A DNA stretch of 64,000 nt, from the NCBI RefSeq assembly GCF_018350175.1, contig NC_058368.1:95730001-95794000 (forward strand), read 5' to 3'. The position numbers were made by a program, and so were the translations under genes. Each line of letters begins with the position of its first letter. The first letter of the stretch is position 1. This DNA comes from Felis catus (taxonomy: Eukaryota). Below, piece by piece: positions 38,679 to 50,846 of the stretch. The notes under the pieces were generated by a model. That model was given only the letters and a program-made list of their open reading frames with translations. It was not told the DNA's origin and did no database searches.

Positions 38679-39779
38679 TTTTTTTTTAATTTTTGAATTT
38701 ACAATTAGAGAAGGATGATTTTCAACTTTATAAGTATTAGTGAATTTATGTAAAATTTTTAATGTGTGAAATAAAATTTGCCATTTTAAAGAAAAGTATT
38801 GCATTTCACAGTTTATAGTCTAGTTTACTATTTAATTTTCATTGAAGTATAGTTGACATACAATATCACATTCATTTCAAATGTACAAAACACTGATTCA
38901 ACTTTTATTTACATAACAAAATGCTAACCACAATGCCATCTGGCAAAATATGAAGTTATTACAATACTATTGACTATATTCCCTATGCTGTATTTTTCAT
39001 GCCTGTCTTATTTATCTTACAAGTTGAAGTCTCTCTTAATCACCTTTACTTTGTCCAATCCCCTATCCCCCTCCCTTGTAGCAACCGCCAATTTGTTCTC
39101 TGTGTTTATGACTATGTGTGTTTTGTTTCAGTTGTTTCTTGTTTAGATTCCACATTTAAGTGAAATCGTATGGCATTTGTCTTTCTCTGTTTGATTTATT
39201 TCACTTAGCATAATACCCTCTGCTGGGTCCATCCATGCTGCTGCTAACAGTAAAATTTTATTCTTTTTAATGGCCGAGTAGTTTTCCATAATAAAGAAAG
39301 AAAGAATAAAGTAAAATCAACCAAACACAACTTTATCCATTTATTTCTTGATGGACACTAAGAGTGCTTTCATACCTTGGCTGTTATAAATAATGTTGCA
39401 GTGAACATGGAGGTGTCTATATATTTTTGAATTAGTGTTTCTAGTGTTTCTTTTGGGGGCAGGGGTGTGGGGTACCCAGAAGTGGGATTACTGGATTATA
39501 AGGTATTTTTTTTGTTAATTTTTTGAGAAAACCCCATACTGTTTTACATAGTGGCTGTGCCATCTTACATTCTTAGCAGTAGGGCATGGGGGTTCCTTTT
39601 TCTCCCCATCTTTGCCAACACTTGTTATTTTTTGTCTTTTTGGTACTCGTCATTCTGAGTGGGGTGAGGTAATCTCTCATTGTGGTTTTGATTTGTATTT
39701 GCCTGGTGATTAATGATATTGAGCATCTTTTCAAGCTTCTGTTGGTCGTCTGTATATCTTCTTTGGAGAAATGTCTATT

Positions 39780-39883
39780 CCCATATTCATATAAAAGTAG
39801 TAGATAATAAGCTAACTATCTTGTGATTCTCATGATCAATCTAATATTGTATTCCTCAGAGCACTGAAGGATTTATATAATGT
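39780..39883 (-). repeat. Inverted copy of 38226-38330 inserted in the L1
   Basis: Manual alignment to the reverse complement of 38226-38330 gives 9 substitutions and 1 indel over 105 columns. Confidence 0.92.
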
Positions 39884-40939
39884 CTCTCCTCTTTTTTTCA
39901 GTTGGATTGTTTGTGGTTTTTTGGTATTGAGTTTAGGATTTTTTAACGTAGTTTGGATATTAACCCCTTATTGGATCTGTCATTGGCAAATATCTTCTCA
40001 CACTCAGTAGGTTGCCTTTTTAGTTTGTTGATGTTTTTCTTTGCTGTACAAAACCTTTTTAGTTTGGCATAGTCCCAGTTGTTCATTTTTGCTTTTGTGT
40101 GTCTTGCCCGAGAAGAAGTATCCAAAAAATAATGAGAGTGATGTCTGTTTTCTTTTAGGAGTTTTATGATTTCAGGTTTTAGATATAGGTGCTTAATCCA
40201 TTTTGAGTTTATTTTTGTGTATGGTGTTAGAAAGTTGTCTATTTTCATTCTTTGGCACGTCACTGTCCAGTTTTCCCAACACCATTTATTGAAGATTCTA
40301 TGTTTTCCCCATTGTATATTCTCTCCTCCTTTGCCATACGTTAGTTAATCATATAAGCATGGGTTTATTCTTGGGCTTTCTGTTCTGTTGGTCTCTGTGT
40401 CTTTTTTTGTGTCAGTATCATATTGTTTTGCCTACTGTAGCTTTGTAGTACAGTTTGAAATCAGATAGTGTGACGCTCTCTGCTTTGTGCTTTCTCAAGA
40501 TTGTTTTGGCTCTTAGGGGTCTTTTGTGGATCCATACAAAGTAAGGTTATTTGTTCTAGTTCTGTGACAAATGCTATTAGTATTTTGCTGGGGATTGTAT
40601 CAAATTTGTGAATTGTTGTGGATAGTATGGACATTATGAATTCTTCTAATCCATTAGTGTGGAATATCTTTCCATTTGCATTGTATTCACTTTCTTTCAT
40701 CAGATTTGTATAGTTTTCAAAGTATAGGTGTTTGGCTTCCTTGGTTAAATTTATTCCTAGCTGTCATACTCCTGTTGATGCGGTTATAAATGAGATCATT
40801 TTCTTCATTTCTTCTACTCTTACTTCATTATTAGTATATAGAAATGCAGCCCATGTCTGTATATTGATTTTACGTCCTGCAACTTGACTGAATTCATTTA
40901 TCAGTTCTAATATGATGTTAATTTCCTTTTTAACCTTCA

Positions 40940-41180
40940 TTTATTTTGTTTTTAATTTTTCAATGTTTATTTTTGAAAGAGAGAGAGCAAGCACGTGCGT
41001 GCGTGCGCGAGCGGGGGAGGGGCAGAGAGAGAGGGAGACACAGAATCCAAAGCAGGCTCCAGGCTCTGAGCTCCAGCCTCTGTCAGCACAGAACAGGATG
41101 TGGGGCTTGAACTTGTGAACCGTGAGATCATGACCTGAGGTGAAGTTGGACATTTAGCTGACGGAGTCACCCACGTGCCT
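40940..41180 (-). mobile_element. CanSINE nested in L1
   Basis: SINE body between TTTTTAACCTT / TTTTTGACCTT flanks. Confidence 0.92.
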
Positions 41181-41571
41181 ATTTTTTGACCTTTATTATG
41201 TTAAGGTATATTCCCTCTAAATTCAATCAGTTGAGAGCCTTTATCATCTGGTGTTGAATTTTGTCAAATGCTTGCTCTGCATCTACTGTGATGATAATAC
41301 GGTTTTTATCCTGCATTTTGTTGATGTGTATCATATTGATTGACTTGCAGATGGTGACCCATCCTTGCATTTCTAGAATTAATCCAATGTTATTGGGGTG
41401 AATGATCTTTCAGATGTATTTTTGAGTTTGGTTTGCTAATATTTTGTTGAGGATTTTTGGATCTGAGTTCATCAGGAATATTGGCTTATAATTTTCAGTT
41501 TTCGTAGTGTCTTTCTCTGGTTTTGGCATCAGAGTAATGTAACCTTGTAGGACAATTTGGGAAGTACTCCT

Positions 41572-41760
41572 GGGGTGCCTGAGATGCTCAGTCGAGTGAG
41601 CATCCAACTTCAGCTCAGGTCATGATCTCAAGGTTCGTGAGTTTGGGCCCCGCTTCCGGCTTTCTGCTGTCAGTGCAGAGCCAGCTTCAGACCCTCTGTC
41701 CCCCTCCTTCTGCACCTCCCTCGCTCACTCTTACTTTCAAAAATAAATAAACATTAAAAA
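41572..41760 (+). mobile_element. CanSINE nested in L1 ORF2
   Basis: TSD GGAAGTACT. Confidence 0.92.
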
Positions 41761-42037
41761 TTGTGGAAGTACTTCTTCCTCTTCTATTTTGTGAAATAGT
41801 TTGAGAAGGATAGATATTGACTTTTTAAACAATGTTTGGTAGATTTCATCGGTAAAGCCATCTCATTCTATCTTTTTGTTTGTTGGGCGTGCTTTGATAC
41901 TGACTCCATTTTATTATTAGTAATTTGGTCAGATTTTCTATTTCTTTGTGATTCACTCTTAGAAGATTATATCTTGGTAGGAATTTATCCATTTCTTCTA
42001 GGTTGTCCAATTTTGTGGCATATAATTTTTCATAGTA

Positions 42038-42684
42038 CATTTGACCCTTGAAAAACAGCAGTTTGAACTATGGGGATTCACCTATATGTGGATGTTTTTC
42101 AATAAATAAGCTGGAAGCTTTTTGGACTTTTATGACAATTTGAAAAAAATGGCTGATAAACTAGCTTATAAATACTTGTAAAAACTAAGAAAAGGTTGAG
42201 TATGTCATGAATGCATTAATATATATATAGTTTACTATTTTCTCCTGTACAGTATACCCAAGTATAGTATAAAATTTTTAATTTATCAAAATGATGCACA
42301 TAAATTCTTACATATTGTACATGACTCCATTCACTGTTGAGAAAAATGTAAACAAAGTAGAGATGCAGTATTAAATTATCATTGCATAAAATTAATTGGA
42401 GAGCATACTATACTGCTCTAATAATTTTGCAGCTAACTCCTGTCTCGTGTTTGCTATAACGGTGAGCTCAAATTGTAAATATGCACTTAAAGCGTCACGT
42501 GACGCTAATCATTTCCACCCGAGCAGTTTGTATCTTCAGTAAATTGCATATTGCAGTACAAAGTGACCCCTTGCAGTTCTGGTTGTTAGTACTTAAGTTC
42601 TGGGGGAGTCGCAAGTTATACGTGAATTTTCGACAATGCAGGGAGTTGGCACCCTTAGCCCCCCAATTGTTCAAGGGCCAGTTG
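42038..42684 (+). mobile_element. Tigger2/MER28-type non-autonomous DNA transposon nested in L1
   Basis: TIRs CATTTGACCCTTGAAAAAC and TTGTTCAAGGGCCAGTTG; TA TSD at 42036-37 and 42685-86; L1 sequence resumes on both sides. Confidence 0.88.
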
Positions 42685-44047
42685 TAGTCTTTTATAATCC
42701 TTTGTTATTCTGTGGTGTCAGTTGTGAACTCCTCTTTGATTTCTGATTTTGGCTTCTCTCTCTTTTCCTCTTGAATAGTTGGCTAAGGGCTTATCAATTT
42801 TGTTTGTGTTTTCAGAGAACCAGCTCTTAGTTTCATTCATCTTTTCTGTTTTTTTTTTTTTTTTGATTCTCTGCTTCATTTATTTGCATTCTGCTCTTTA
42901 TTATTTCCTTCCTTTGACTAACTTTGTTTGTTTTTCTTGTTCTAATTCCTTAAGGTGTAAGGGTAGGTTGTTTATTTGAGACTTTGCTTGTTTGTTGACG
43001 TAGACCTCTATCGCCATGTACTTTCCTCTTACAAATGCTTCTGCTGCTTCCCCCAAATTTTGACCAGTTTATGTCCATTTTCCATTGTGTGAAGGTATTT
43101 TTTGATTTCTTCATTGGCCTTTTTCTTCTTACTAGCGTAGGGGTTAGCTTCCACCTGTTTGTGTTTTTTCCAGTGCTTTTTTCCTTACAATTGATTTCTA
43201 GTTTCATTCATTTGTGGTCATAAAAGATGCTTGATATGATTTCAGTCTTCTTAAATTTATGAAGACTTGTCTTGTGGCCTAACATGTGATCTGTTCTGGG
43301 GAATGTCCCGTGTGCGCTGGGAAAGAATGTGTATTCTGCTGTTTTTGGTGGAATGTTCTCTATATGTCTGTTAAGTCCATCTGGTCTAATGTTTCATTCA
43401 AAGCTACACTTTCTGTACTGGTTTTCTGTCGGGACGATATGTCCGTCGATATAAGTGGGATGTCAAAGTCCTCTACTATTATTCTATTGGTTTCGTTATC
43501 TCCCTTTGTTAACACTTGCTGTATGTGTTGTATTTTCCTATGTTTTATTTTCTCACTGAATTCATCCTTCTTCATTATGTAATGCCCTTTTTAATCTTTT
43601 GTTACACTCTTTATTTTAAACTCTCTTTTTTTCTTATGTCAGTATCACTACCCCAGCTTTATTTATTTTTTTTTTCGTTTCCATCTGTATGGAGTATCTT
43701 TTTCCGTTCTTTGAATTTCCTTACTAAGTCTGAAGTAAGTCTTTTCTAGTTATGATATACATCAGTCTTGTTTTTTAATCTGTTCCATCACCCTATGTCT
43801 TTAGCATTTGGTCCATTTACATTTGAAGTAATTATTGATAGGCTTGTACTTACTGCCAGTTTGTTAACTGTTTTCTGATTGTTTTATTGTAGTTCTTGTC
43901 TTATCTGTTATTCTCTGTCCTTATTACTTGAATACTTTCTCCTGAGTGTTATATTTGGATTCCTTTCTCTTTATTTTTTGTACTTTTGTATCTATTAACA
44001 CTTTTTGGTTTATGGTTGCCATACAAAAGCCTATGTATGCAGCATTC

Positions 44048-44259
44048 TTTTTTTATAATTTTTTTTTTTAATTTTAGAGAGAGAGAAAGTGAGTGGGGAA
44101 GAGGGGCAGAGGGAGAGGTTGAGAGAGAGAATCTTAAGCCGGCTCCTTGCTCAGTCAGTGCAGAGCCCGACATGGGGCTCGATCCCATGACCCTGGGAGC
44201 ATAACCTGAACCAAAATCAAGATTTGGATACATAACTGACTGAGCCATCCAGGCACCCC
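44048..44259 (-). mobile_element. CanSINE nested in L1
   Basis: Body ending GACTGAGCCATCCAGGCACCCC. Confidence 0.92.
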
Positions 44260-44561
44260 TATAATAGTCTCTTTTAAGTTGGTGGTTGCTCAATTTCACA
44301 CTGTAAAAGTATTGTCTTTAATTCTTTCTCCTCATTTTATGCAGATGATGTCATATTTGACATCATTTTTATTTTGTACATCCCTTAACTAACTCCCAGA
44401 TACAGTTGATTTTACTACTTTTGTCTTTTAACTTTACTGGCTTTATAAGTGATTTATCTATTACCTTTACTATGTGTTTGAAAGAGAAATTTTTTCTTTC
44501 CTAATTCTCTTCTACTTATGGTCTTATCTTTTCCACCTGAATATGTTCCTTTCACATTTCT

Positions 44562-44776
44562 TTTTTTTTATATAACACTTATTTATTTTTGAGACAGAAA
44601 GAGACAGAGCATGAACACAGGAGGGGCAGAGAGAGAGGGAGACACAGAATCTGAAACGGGCTCCAGGCTCTGAGCTGTCAGCACAGAGCCCAATGCGGGG
44701 CTCGAACTCACAGACCGTGAGATCGTGATCTGAGCCGAAGTCGGACGCTTAACCGAATGAGCCACCCAGGCGCCCC
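44562..44776 (-). mobile_element. CanSINE nested in L1
   Basis: Near-consensus felid body. Confidence 0.94.
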
Positions 44777-44796
44777 TTCTTTCTTTTTTTTTTTAA

Positions 44797-44845
44797 ATCA
44801 AATCAAGAGTTGGATGCTTAACCGACTGAGCCACCCAGGCACCCC
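44797..44845 (-). mobile_element. CanSINE 5' head fragment
   Basis: AATCAAGAGTTGGATGCTTAACCGACTGAGCCACCCAGGCACCCC. Confidence 0.85.
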
Positions 44846-44952
44846 TCTTTTCACATTTCTATTAAGGCCAGTTTAGTGGTGATGAAATCATTTTGTTTCT
44901 GTGGGAAACTCTTCATCAATTTTGAATGATCATCTAGTCGGGTAGAGTATTC

Positions 44953-45141
44953 TTTTTTTTTAATGTTTATTTATTTTTGAGAGAGTGTGAACCAGGGAGG
45001 GACAGAGACGGGGACAGAAGATCTGAAGTGGGTTCTGTGCTGACTGCAGTGAACCCAGTGTGGGGTTTGAACTCATGAACCATGAAATCATGGCCTGAGT
45101 GGAAGTCTGATGCCTAACCGACAGAGTCACCCAGGTGCCCC
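44953..45141 (-). mobile_element. CanSINE nested in L1
   Basis: TSD GGGTA(G/A)AGTATTCTT. Confidence 0.92.
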
Positions 45142-47218
45142 TGGGTAAAGTATTCTTGGTTGTGGGTTTGTTTCCTTCAGCATTCTGAATGCATCATGCG
45201 ACTCCCTTCGGAGTTTCTGCAGAAAAGACAGCCGATAGTTTTCTAGGGTTTCTCTTCTCTGTAACTATTTGCTTGTTGCTTGCTGCTTTTAAGATTCTCT
45301 GTTTAATTTTTTCCATTTTCATTATGTGTCTTGACGTGGACCATTTTGGGTTTATGTTATTCGAAGCTCTCTGTGCTTTCTGGACCTGAACACCTGATTT
45401 TTTCCTGAGACTAGAAAGTTTTCTGCCCCTTTCTGTCTCACTTCTCCTTCTGTGACTCCTACAGTGTGAATGTTGTTGATTCTTTTTTTTTCTTTTTGCT
45501 GCTTAGCTTTTATGATTTCTCCTGCTGTCTTCCAGATCCCTGATCCCTTCTTCCACAGCCTCTCATCTGCTGTTGATGCCCTGTAGTGCTGTTGATTTCA
45601 GTTACTGCTTTCTTCAGCTCTGACTGGTCCTTTTCAGTATTTTCCATCTCTTTGTTGAACTTCCCACTGTGTACCTCTCTTCTTCTCCCAAGTTGGAGGA
45701 CTGGCTTTAGGACTCTCCCTTTGGATTTTTTTCCGAGATAGATTGCTTAGCTACCTTTTGTTCTCTTTCTGAGGTTTTGTCTTCTTCTTTTGTTTGAAAC
45801 ATCGTCCTTTGTCTCCTCATTTTGCCTGCCTCTGTGAGACCTATGGAGCCCACAAGCACAATCTCCCCGGTTCCCAGAATTCTGGTCCCCAGAACCGCGT
45901 GCCCCGAGGATGAACCCCGTGTGGGCTGAATGTACCTTCCTGTGATAAATGGGCCATGACTATCATAGGCACACTGGTGGGTGGTGTTGGTCTCTTCTTA
46001 CCAGGGCTGGAGGTGCCAATACAACCTGCTGGATGTAATGGTGTACTAGGTCCTTTGCAAGGGCACCTGCCAGGGTAGGTGGATCGGCTGGGCTGGGTCT
46101 CCAGGAGATGGATTGCCATAGCCAGGCAAGAGATGCTGGTTGGGTAGATGGAGAGTGTCCAACCTGGCCCCCAGGAAAGATAGTTTGCTGAAGATCAAGG
46201 AAAAAGGTGCCTTCCTGTGCTTCTCTTCCCAGAGCAAGTTCCTACAGATCCCTGGCCTTTTGCATATGCCTTAAAATTAGTTCATAAACCTCCTTCACAT
46301 ACCACTGCCTCCCCCCCACCCCTTGGGTGCTTTTCAAACTGTTGGCTCCTTGCCGAGTCTTGGAGCAAGTGTGTTTATGAGAGGGTCCTTTAAGAGGAGA
46401 GGCTGGGTCTCCTCTCACCCTCTAGCTCTCCTGGAGTTAAGTGCTCCTGATTTTCAAAACCAGATGTTACATATGTTGGGGGTGGGGCTCATGTTCCTGG
46501 TGCAGATCCCCAGAGTAGGGGATGTCTGATGTGGGGTTTGAATTCCTTACTCGTCAAGTGTTCTCTCAGAGCCCGTATTACCCCTCTCACTTCCTGACCT
46601 TCTTTGTGTGTTTTATTGGAGTAGCTATTCTACTGGCCTTCAGGCTGTTTTTGGAAAGGGTTGCCCCATGTGTAGTTGCAGCCTTGGTGTGTCTGTGGGA
46701 GGGAGGGAGATCAGGATTTGCCTAGTCTTCCCCTTTCCCTCTTCCCCCCCGGTTTTTTGCAATTTCAAATTGTAAACATAATTAAAACCCTAAGTGTTAC
46801 GAGGTCAGAACTGGCATAGTCAAGTTCAGCTTCTTCATCTTCATCCGTGTTGCAATAATTTTTATTTAGAATCAGCTGTGTAAATACAGGACTATGTAAT
46901 GTCACAGAGGTGTAGATGGTAATTGTCACCTTGTGTACCAACTTGTCAACACAAGGTTGAGCCGTTTTGAATCATGACACATTTACCTGCCATGTACAAA
47001 TGTGTGTACCTGAGTCCACATCTGTCATCTGTCAGAGCTTACAGGATAAGAGGGGTTGTCCAAATAGACTCCTATGTGTCACACACTTTTCTCCAAAGGG
47101 TGAGTGATGAAAATGTACCAGTTTGAAAGCTATATGAATATTACAAAAGCTCAGTGGTAATCAAAACAATCACTTAGAACTTGGACTAACAAAATGTCTT
47201 TTTGAGAAAGAGCATCTT

Positions 47219-47447
47219 GGGGCGCCTGGGTGGCTCAGTCGGTTAAGCATCCAACTTCAGCTCAGGTCATGATCTCACGGTTCGTGCGTTCAAGCCCCAC
47301 GTTGGGCTCTGTGCTGACAGCTCAGATCCTGGAGCCTGCTTCAGATTCTGTGCCTCCCTCTCTCCCCACCCCTCCCCTGCTCACACTCTGTCTCTCTCTG
47401 TCTCTCAAAAATTAATAAATGTAAAAAATAAATTAAAAAAAAAGAAA
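47219..47447 (+). mobile_element. CanSINE
   Basis: TSD AGAAAGAGCATCTTG. Confidence 0.95.
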
Positions 47448-49526
47448 GAGCATCTTGTCACTGATATTTAAAAAGTCTGATGCACAGCAAAAATAATGAG
47501 ACTGATTTTGGTTATGTTTTTATTGTTTATAAATTCTGGAGATCGGACTCACATTGTCTTATTCTGCCCATTCAGGTTGATTACCTGTTGAGGGAGATTA
47601 TTAAACCTTATATTCTGCATGGGTGTCTACTTAACTGGAATGTATTACCTCTCCACAAAACAGTGCTAGATTTAAGATAAAAAGGCACATCCTCAGAAAT
47701 GGTGGACTTTGATAAGAGGGAACTGGAATTTTATCTCACAGACTGCTAGCTAGGTGATCAATATACTGATGGTTGTTTTAAATCATTTTTTAAGCTGTTT
47801 TAATTGGAAAGAATATGAATAGACAGGTATGAGTGATGATTGGGTGAATACACAATTTTCCTCCGCAATGATCGTCAAGTGGAAAAGGAGCTGAGGCGAA
47901 GCCAAGACAGATGAAGGTATCTTCAGAAGACAAATCAGATATGTGTTCTTCCTAAACCAGATGCATCCAAGAAGTGGAAGATGAGGCCTATGTGTCCGAG
48001 AAGAGGGTACAATTTATTGGAATCTACTTCTACCATGTTTTTGGTTCAGATGCCTTATTTTTTTCTCTCCAGATGTGTGTGGAAGACTGAACATTTGCAC
48101 CAGAAGAAAATTTAGTCTGTTTCTGGTTTTTCTTCTTAGATGGTATTTAAATAGCTTGTTCGTATTTTATGGCCTCTAATCAGAAGGGACTTTCAGATCC
48201 TTTGTCTATCCACATTATTTTGGGGGCATTTTATACTCAAAGCTGTAAATTGTATACTTAAAATCTTTTATTGGGAAAGATGTCCTCCTTTTTTTAGGAC
48301 TATATAGACAATCATAGAAACAGGCAGCCCCACCCCAGAAGGAGTGTCTTGACCAGGATCTGTAATTTGCCTCCTATGCCCCAAAGAGTCAAAACATGCA
48401 TAATTTAAACCTGAATAGACGGAGTTCTCCAATTTTTTTCTGTAACAGACCCGCAGAGAAAACTTTTGAATATACTCTCAGATTCCATAACATCTTGAAT
48501 GATGATTCCAAGTTTTTATTACAGAGAAGAAAAAATTTATTAATAACCCCCAAACCTTTTGGAGCCAACCCACAAATATTTTCTTCATGATGCACTGTCG
48601 TAACAATAAGACAAACGGTTTATTTTTCAGTGTCTTTTCCAATTACACCCATGTAAGTATAATCGGGGGGAAATACCCACATGACTGACTTTTATATATC
48701 CCCTGCCTCTTTAGCATTTGATAACTGTTTTCTTTCAACAATGTTTTTTTTTTTTTTGTTTTTCCTTTAAACAATTTTGAACCCACTTTACCCCTTGTAT
48801 AAGAGAGACTTGAATCTGGCTACAAATATGAAGGTATTATAAACTTAAGTACAGTTACACTTCAATTTCCCTCCCTTTATCAAAAGCGCAATTGAGATTC
48901 TCCTAAGTAGAATTAAGACAGGCTTCATGGCTTAGATGTTCAGAGTAGTTGCTGTTTGTGAGACTTAAAGAAAACTAAGAAGGAAAGCAAAAGGTAAAAT
49001 AAGAAGGAAACATAAATGGTCAGGTTGATGACAGTATGTTTAGTGACCATGTTCTTGAGTAAGCCCTGTGAGTAGGGCAAGACTAGGACCTCATCCGCAA
49101 ATAGCCTCACAGCGAACTGGACGTAAAATGGGGGTTTCATTTACCCCCCATGTAGATGATCACACTGTTCATTCTAAACACAAACTGTATCCTTGGAGAG
49201 CTTACTTGGTGGGTTACCATCGCTCGGGTCTGTCCTGTGACTGACTGATGAGCATGGCCAGGCTTCATGTGTTTAAAGGCTCTAAAAACAATATAGGGGT
49301 TTGTGTGTTCCATAGGACTGCATTTTTCAATCAGTTTAGGTATCAAGAACACCTCTGGATAACTTATAAAAGTGATGTACAGACCCATAAGAGTTCACAT
49401 ACCAGTTGAGAGGGGTTCATAGACCTGCTCCAGGGAACACATGGTGTGTGTTTGGGTAACTCAGTGGGCACACAGCACCTCACTCTGCAGTTCTACTTAG
49501 ATAATGTGATAGCCCTGACCCAAAAT

Positions 49527-49738
49527 ATTCATTTGTTCATTCGTTCATTCGTTCGTTCATTCGTTCGTTCATTCAGTGGGTGAGGGGCAAAGAGAGAAGG
49601 AGAGAGAGAATCCCAAGCAAGCTCCACACTGTCAGCGTGGACTCCAATGCAAGACTTAATCCCAGGAATTGCAAGATCATGACCTGCATTGAAATCAGGA
49701 GTCAGGCACTCAACCTACTGGAGCCACCTAGTCGCCCC
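49527..49738 (-). mobile_element. CanSINE with a (TTCA/TTCG)n tail
   Basis: Diverged body ending GAGCCACCTAGTCGCCCC. Confidence 0.85.
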
Positions 49739-49775
49739 TAATAGGTCCCTTTAATGTCTGAAAGAATGTATATGA

Positions 49776-49990
49776 GGGGCACCTGGGTGGCTCAGTTGGT
49801 TAAGCGTCAGACTTTGGCTCAGGTCACGATCTCACAGTTTGTAAGTTTGAGCCCCACATCAGGCTATGTGCTGATAGCTCAGAGCCTAAAGCCTGCTTTG
49901 GATTCTGTGTCTCCCTCTCTCTCTGCCCCTCCCCTGCTTGTGCTCTGTCTTTCTGTCTCTCTCTCAAAAATAAACAAACATTTAAAAAAT
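49776..49990 (+). mobile_element. CanSINE
   Basis: GGGGCACCTGGGTGGCTCAG head; AATGTAT flanks. Confidence 0.94.
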
Positions 49991-50647
49991 GTATTTGAGA
50001 AACAGGTAAAAACAAGTAAGTCTTTTCTGCTTTTTAAGCATTTAGCTGTATAAATTAAAACTCATTTTATAAAGACTTTTTGTTTCCAGTATTTCACGTT
50101 GCTAGTTCTGCAAAAACACAATGACTTTTCTAAAGAAAGTGGATTATCAGGACCTCACCTCCTTTAGGAGCACAATATCACCAGGGGTCACAAGGCATAT
50201 ATGTAAGCAAGCAGGGAAACTGGTATTAGGAAAGGTACCCACCTTTACCTTGTCCAGATCATTCCTAGAGCACCTTATATGTAACCATGACTCACTTATC
50301 AGTGAAAAAGCCAACCCGCTTGTTGAACTACGGGACCAGGTTTATTTTCTATCTCGCTGACTCTTACTGGTTTTGGTCTCAAATAATCTGAATCAAAAGT
50401 TAAAATGTGCTTTACAGAGTGGAAGTGGGTCCAGGATGGAAAAAAAAAAAAACATGGCACATAATTTATATCTCACTTCACTGAAATGTGCATGTCCGTT
50501 CCTTTTAAGGTAATTACTTTTGTCCCAAAGCTGCAATCACCTACAATGAAATTTGTATGCCTGATCCTTGTGACTTGTTCATGGTGTCTCTTCCATTTAT
50601 CATAGCTGATACAGTAAAAACCTGGATTCCACGTATGTTTACAGTAT

Positions 50648-50846
50648 ATTTTTAAAAGTTTATTTACTTTGAGAGGCCAAGAACCCAAGTGGGGGAGGGG
50701 CAGAGAGAGAGAGAGAGAATCTCAAGGAGATTCCCTGCTGTCAGCATAGAGGCTGATGTGGGGCTCAATCTCATGAACCGTGAGATCGTCACCTGAGCCA
50801 AAATACAATGTAGGACACTTAACCGACTGAGTCATCCAGGTACCCC
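50648..50846 (-). mobile_element. CanSINE
   Basis: Body ending GACTGAGTCATCCAGGTACCCC. Confidence 0.9.

Larger units (their letters stand above)
38816..46756 (-). mobile_element. Near full-length decayed LINE-1 with nested insertions
   Basis: 3' UTR near 38830; ORF2 remnants in the ORF track (39943-40263 LTPYTKINSKWIK, 41410-41607 [20 protein letters not shown], 41846-42040 YYEKLYATKLDNLEEMDKFL, 43360-43575 endonuclease LNETLDQMDLTDI); ORF1 region about 44.9-45.8 kb; 5' UTR-like end near 46.7 kb; possible degenerate TSD TTGCATTTCACAGTTTA / TTGCAATTTCAAATTGTA. Confidence 0.93.

Noticed and set aside
39943..43575. L1 ORF2 pieces as a functional reverse transcriptase/endonuclease
   Set aside because: Broken by stops, frameshifts, nested elements and an apparent deletion of the catalytic motifs.
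48050..48145. Strong acceptor TTTTTTTCTCTCCAG at 48072 (similar one at 59480)
   Set aside because: No convincing downstream donor or recognisable open frame; isolated acceptor-like sites are common.
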